Made by a program: the position numbers and the translations under genes. Shown here piece after piece: positions 61,101 through 64,000 of a DNA stretch of 64,000 bases. Every line of letters starts with the position of its first letter. Position 1 is the stretch's first letter. Origin of the DNA: Candidatus Accumulibacter conexus (GTDB lineage Bacteria > Pseudomonadota > Gammaproteobacteria > Burkholderiales > Rhodocyclaceae); contig JAGFNJ010000005.1 of assembly GCA_017592775.1 (NCBI GenBank), positions 62,246 to 126,245 on the forward strand, given 5' to 3'. The notes beneath the pieces were generated by a model. It had not been told where the DNA came from. It made no database searches and saw only the letters and a list, made by a program, of their open reading frames with translations.

Positions 61101-62908
61101 GGCAGGCAGTCGCGCAGCACTTCGATCGTGTGTCAGTATGCAGCCCTGAAAACAAAGGGATTGAGACCCGGGCAGACTGTTTCACGCAGCGCGATCTCGT
61201 CAGTATGCAGCCCTGAAAACAAAGGGATTGAGACGCACGGCCGCCCGTTGATCCATGTCGAATGCCCTAGTCAGTATGCAGCCCTGAAAACAAAGGGATT
61301 GAGACGATCAGCGTGCTCTTGGCTGACGAAACTGATGGGTCAGTATGCAGCCCTGAAAACAAAGGGATTGAGACTTCAGCATCGCTACAGCATGCGCAAG
61401 CCGCTGCTCGGTCAGTATGCAGCCCTGAAAACAAAGGGATTGAGACAATGCTTCATCCTCTTCCTGGGTGACTTCCAGAGTCAGTATGCAGCCCTGAAAA
61501 CAAAGGGATTGAGACCATGCAGCCTTGAACTCGGCACGCAGTTTGAGAACGTCAGTATGCAGCCCTGAAAACAAAGGGATTGAGACGATCTTGTCGGCGG
61601 CGGTGAAAACTTGGGCACGGGTCAGTATGCAGCCCTGAAAACAAAGGGATTGAGACCCAATGACGACCCACTCATTATCAGCGACGGTCAGTATGCAGCC
61701 CTGAAAACAAAGGGATTGAGACTTGATGTACTCGCGCGACCAGTCTGGTTTGGGCTTGTCAGTATGCAGCCCTGAAAACAAAGGGATTGAGACCCCTTTG
61801 TGATACATGCTACCTATCGCTGGATGAGGTCAGTATGCAGCCCTGAAAACAAAGGGATTGAGACCGATTCGGCGAACTTGGGGAGCGCTACCATTGTCAG
61901 TATGCAGCCCTGAAAACAAAGGGATTGAGACCGCTCCTGCACTGTGTGTGAGAAGGAAATCATGTGTCAGTATGCAGCCCTGAAAACAAAGGGATTGAGA
62001 CTTATCATAATCTCGGTACTTGGCGGTGATCACAAGTCAGTATGCAGCCCTGAAAACAAGGGATTGAGACCGCGGAACTCCCGGCGACCAACTCTGCAAA
62101 TGAGGTCAGTATGCAGCCCTGAAAACAAAGGGATTGAGACGCTCGCCGATGATGAACTGATCCTCATCAACCGGTCAGTATGCAGCCCTGAAAACAAAGG
62201 GATTGAGACCTCTTGCACCGCCTCCCAAAGCCACTGATGGGTCAGTATGCAGCCCTGAAAACAAAGGGATTGAGACGACCATTGCGGAACTTTCACGACT
62301 CAACGAGGACAGTCAGTATGCAGCCCTGAAAACAAAGGGATTGAGACCCGGATGAGCCGCCTATGCAGGGAGCCGATGGTCAGTATGCAGCCCTGAAAAC
62401 AAAGGGATTGAGACAACGAACGCGGCGACGGTCGAAAGATCAACTGCGTCAGTATGCAGCCCTGAAAACAAAGGGATTGAGACCGTTCAATGCTTCCATT
62501 TCAATCTCCTGTTTGGGTCAGTATGCAGCCCTGAAAACAAAGGGATTGAGACTTTGCCGCCTTTGATCGACGGCCCGGCTAGCGGGGGGTCAGTATGCAG
62601 CCCTGAAAACAAAGGGATTGAGACTCTGTCGATTTCGGCGTCAGGTACGAAACCAGTTGAAGTCAGTATGCAGCCCTGAAAACAAAGGGATTGAGACCCG
62701 GTCAGTTCGTCGTAGAAATCGCTTTGCGGCGGTGTCAGTATGCAGCCCTGAAAACAAAGGGATTGAGACGCTGTGCGCCCAGACGCACTGGGCATGTCGC
62801 TTGTCAGTAAGCAGCCCTGAAAACAAAGGGATCGAGACGGTGAGGGCGGCGATCAGGTCGCGGATTGCCGACGTCAGTAAGCAGCCCTGAAAACAAGGAG
62901 ACTTCAAA
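58123..62908 (+). CRISPR. CRISPR array, 69 repeats / 68 spacers
   Basis: The 36-bp repeat is GTCAGTATGCAGCCCTGAAAACAAAGGGATTGAGAC. I hand-counted 69 copies and 68 spacers of 30-39 bp. Variant copies: repeat 25 (59803) has C15T, repeat 57 (62036) has a 1-nt deletion, repeat 68 (62803) has T8A and T31C, and repeat 69 (62873) is strongly degenerate. The repeat 3' end ATTGAGAC resembles the canonical 8-nt Cas6-generated 5' tag (ATTGAAAC/G). That, plus degeneracy at the 62.9-kb end, supports plus-strand transcription. Confidence 0.97.
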
Positions 62909-63008
62909 GTCGGGCGACCATGCGGTGGCCACCGGTGCTCCGCTCTCGGCTTCCGTCCCGACAGAGCACCGTCAGCGAAATCGGGCGCAACCCCCTGGAT
63001 GGCAAGTG

Positions 63009-63018
63009 GCAAGCTTGC
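63009..63018. promoter_or_regulatory. 10-bp palindrome GCAAGCTTGC (copy 3 of 3), candidate operator
   Basis: Lies between the last degenerate repeat and cas2, 41 nt upstream of the cas2 ATG. Confidence 0.3.
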
Positions 63019-63058
63019 GGATCGGGACAGCCGCGCCGCCGACGTCTATCGTTGCGCC

Positions 63059-63346
63059 ATGAGCGATGCAGCACGAACTCTCTACCTGGTCTGCTACGAC
63101 GTGTGCGATTCGGCACTGCGCCGTCGCGTGCAGAAGTACCTCACGGGCTACAAGGTCGGTGGTCAGAAGTCGTTCTTCGAGTGCTGGCTGACAGCCGCGG
63201 AGTTGCGCGAGGTCCGCTCGACGTTGGCGAACCAGCTTGACCTTGCAGAAGACCGTGCGCATATCTTCCAGCTCGATCCGCGCATGCAGCGGGACCTGCT
63301 TGGCCGCGCAACCGAGCCCGTAACGGAGTGTTTCCTGATCGTCTGA
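63059..63346 (+). CDS. cas2: CRISPR-associated endoribonuclease Cas2
   Basis: 95-aa product, LYLVCYDVCDSALRRRVQKYL...QKSFFECWLTAAELREV...HIFQL. ATG at 63059. Confidence 0.9.
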   Translation: MSDAARTLYLVCYDVCDSALRRRVQKYLTGYKVGGQKSFFECWLTAAELREVRSTLANQLDLAEDRAHIFQLDPRMQRDLLGRATEPVTECFLIV

Positions 63347-63362
63347 GGAAAGGAGAGAAGCG

Positions 63363-64000
63363 ATGTCGAGCCTCTACGTAGACCGACGCGGCGTCACGCT
63401 GAAGGCGGACGGCGAAGCGCTGGTGTTCTACGAGAACGGCGAGCGCGTGGGCACGGTGCCACTGGCACCGCTGTCGCGGGTCTTCATGCGCGGCGACGTG
63501 ACGCTATCCTCGGCGCTTCTCGGCAAGCTCGGCGAGCGCGGCATCGGTGTGGTGGTCCTGTCGGGCCGCAAGGCGGTGCCGACGATGCTCCTCGGCCGAC
63601 CGCACAACGATGCGGCACGTCGGGTGGCTCAGTACCGCCTCTCTCTCGATGCCGATTTCTGCCTGCGCTTCTCGCGCGCCATCGTCGAAGCCAAGCTCCG
63701 CGCGCAGGCGGCCTTTCTCGACGAACGCCGGGACAGTGAGCTACGTTCGCGCTACCTGCTGACGCTCTCGCTGAAGCGCCTGGCCAGCAGCATTGCGGCG
63801 GTCGACCAACAGTCGACGATTGCATCGCTGCGCGGACTCGAAGGCGCGGGGGCGGCGGCCTACTTCGAGGGCTTCGCCGATCTGCTCCCCGACCGCCTGC
63901 ACTTCAACGGCCGCAACCGCCGTCCTCCGCGCGACCCGGTGAATGCCGTCCTCTCGCTCGGCTACACCCTGCTGCACGCAGAAACCGTGCTGGCGCTGTA
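63363..64000 (+). CDS. cas1: CRISPR-associated endonuclease Cas1 (3' end truncated by the window edge)
   Basis: It is absent from the ORF track because no stop is reached. My own translation from ATG 63363 (after AAGGAGAGAAG) gives MSSLYVDRRGVTLKADGEALVFYENGERVG...GIGVVVLSGRK...LRGLEGAGAAAYFEGF...RNRRPPRDPVNAVLSLGYTLLH, which carries typical Cas1 motifs. Confidence 0.9.
   Translation, partial: MSSLYVDRRGVTLKADGEALVFYENGERVGTVPLAPLSRVFMRGDVTLSSALLGKLGERGIGVVVLSGRKAVPTMLLGRPHNDAARRVAQYRLSLDADFCLRFSRAIVEAKLRAQAAFLDERRDSELRSRYLLTLSLKRLASSIAAVDQQSTIASLRGLEGAGAAAYFEGFADLLPDRLHFNGRNRRPPRDPVNAVLSLGYTLLHAETVLAL

Noticed and set aside
59907-62173. A 13-nt identity (GCTCGCCGATGAT) between spacer 26 (59907-59940) and spacer 58 (62141-62173).
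   Set aside because: The match is short and GC-rich, and no similarity continues on either side. It is compatible with chance among 68 spacers.
58391-63012. Dozens of 60-190-aa ORFs in both orientations across 58.4-63.0 kb, with recurring peptides such as SVCSPENKGIET, QYAALKTKGLR and SIPLFSGLHTD.
   Set aside because: They are translations of the 36-bp CRISPR repeat in different frames, not genes.
62909-63058. The 150-bp gap between the array and cas2, considered as the CRISPR leader. This would imply minus-strand array transcription.
   Set aside because: The two adjacent repeats are the degenerate ones, which marks the trailer. The plus-strand repeat also ends in ATTGAGAC, which fits the canonical 8-nt crRNA tag. 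Experimental strand mapping would still be decisive.

Overview
This is a high-GC chromosomal segment; I did not compute the GC value. The gene order rpsF-priB-rpsR-rplI-dnaB, a glgA-glgC-pgm-pgi cluster and a lexA-imuA-imuB cassette suggest a betaproteobacterium, possibly Rhodocyclales or Accumulibacter-like. That taxonomy is inference only. All calls come from reading the six-frame ORF track and the sequence by eye and recognising motifs from memory. No database search was run.

Housekeeping content:
- selD and a DUF1015 gene.
- A glycogen / sugar-phosphate cluster.
- A hemerythrin.
- An SOS cassette with a canonical LexA box.
- bcp, a PIN-PhoH gene, a Tat-exported transglutaminase-like protein and dnaB.
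- The ribosomal protein S6 / PriB / S18 / L9 operon.
- Hsp20, a thioredoxin, a macro-domain protein, a methyltransferase and a hydrolase.
- An sCache protein with SatP, a rhodanese, and a GltD-like oxidoreductase with KorA/KorB.
- LrgA/LrgB and a CoA-transferase.

Two accessory regions stand out.
1. 19.2-31.9 kb holds six minus-strand genes. They encode three caspase-fold proteases (two C14-like, and one CHAT domain inside a ~1990-aa protein that also has two lipase-like alpha/beta-hydrolase domains). They also encode two TIR/deoxyribosyltransferase-like modules, DUF4071-like helical modules, a SLOG/DprA-like C-terminal domain and a ~94-aa beta-rich peptidase-partner protein. I found no P-loop NTPase. 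This is my best candidate for an uncharacterised conflict or abortive-infection-type system.
2. 48.2-64.0 kb holds a complete type III-A (Csm) CRISPR-Cas locus:
  - Two CARF genes: one CARF + OmpR-like wHTH, one CARF + HEPN.
  - cas10-csm2-csm3-csm4-csm5-cas6.
  - A 69-repeat array that starts 8 bp after the cas6 stop codon.
  - cas2-cas1 at the degenerate (trailer) end of the array.
  - Other unusual points: a 10-bp palindrome recurring upstream of three cas units, a Csm5 C-terminal extension, and overlapping spacer pairs.

I recognised no rRNA, tRNA, transposase or integrase.
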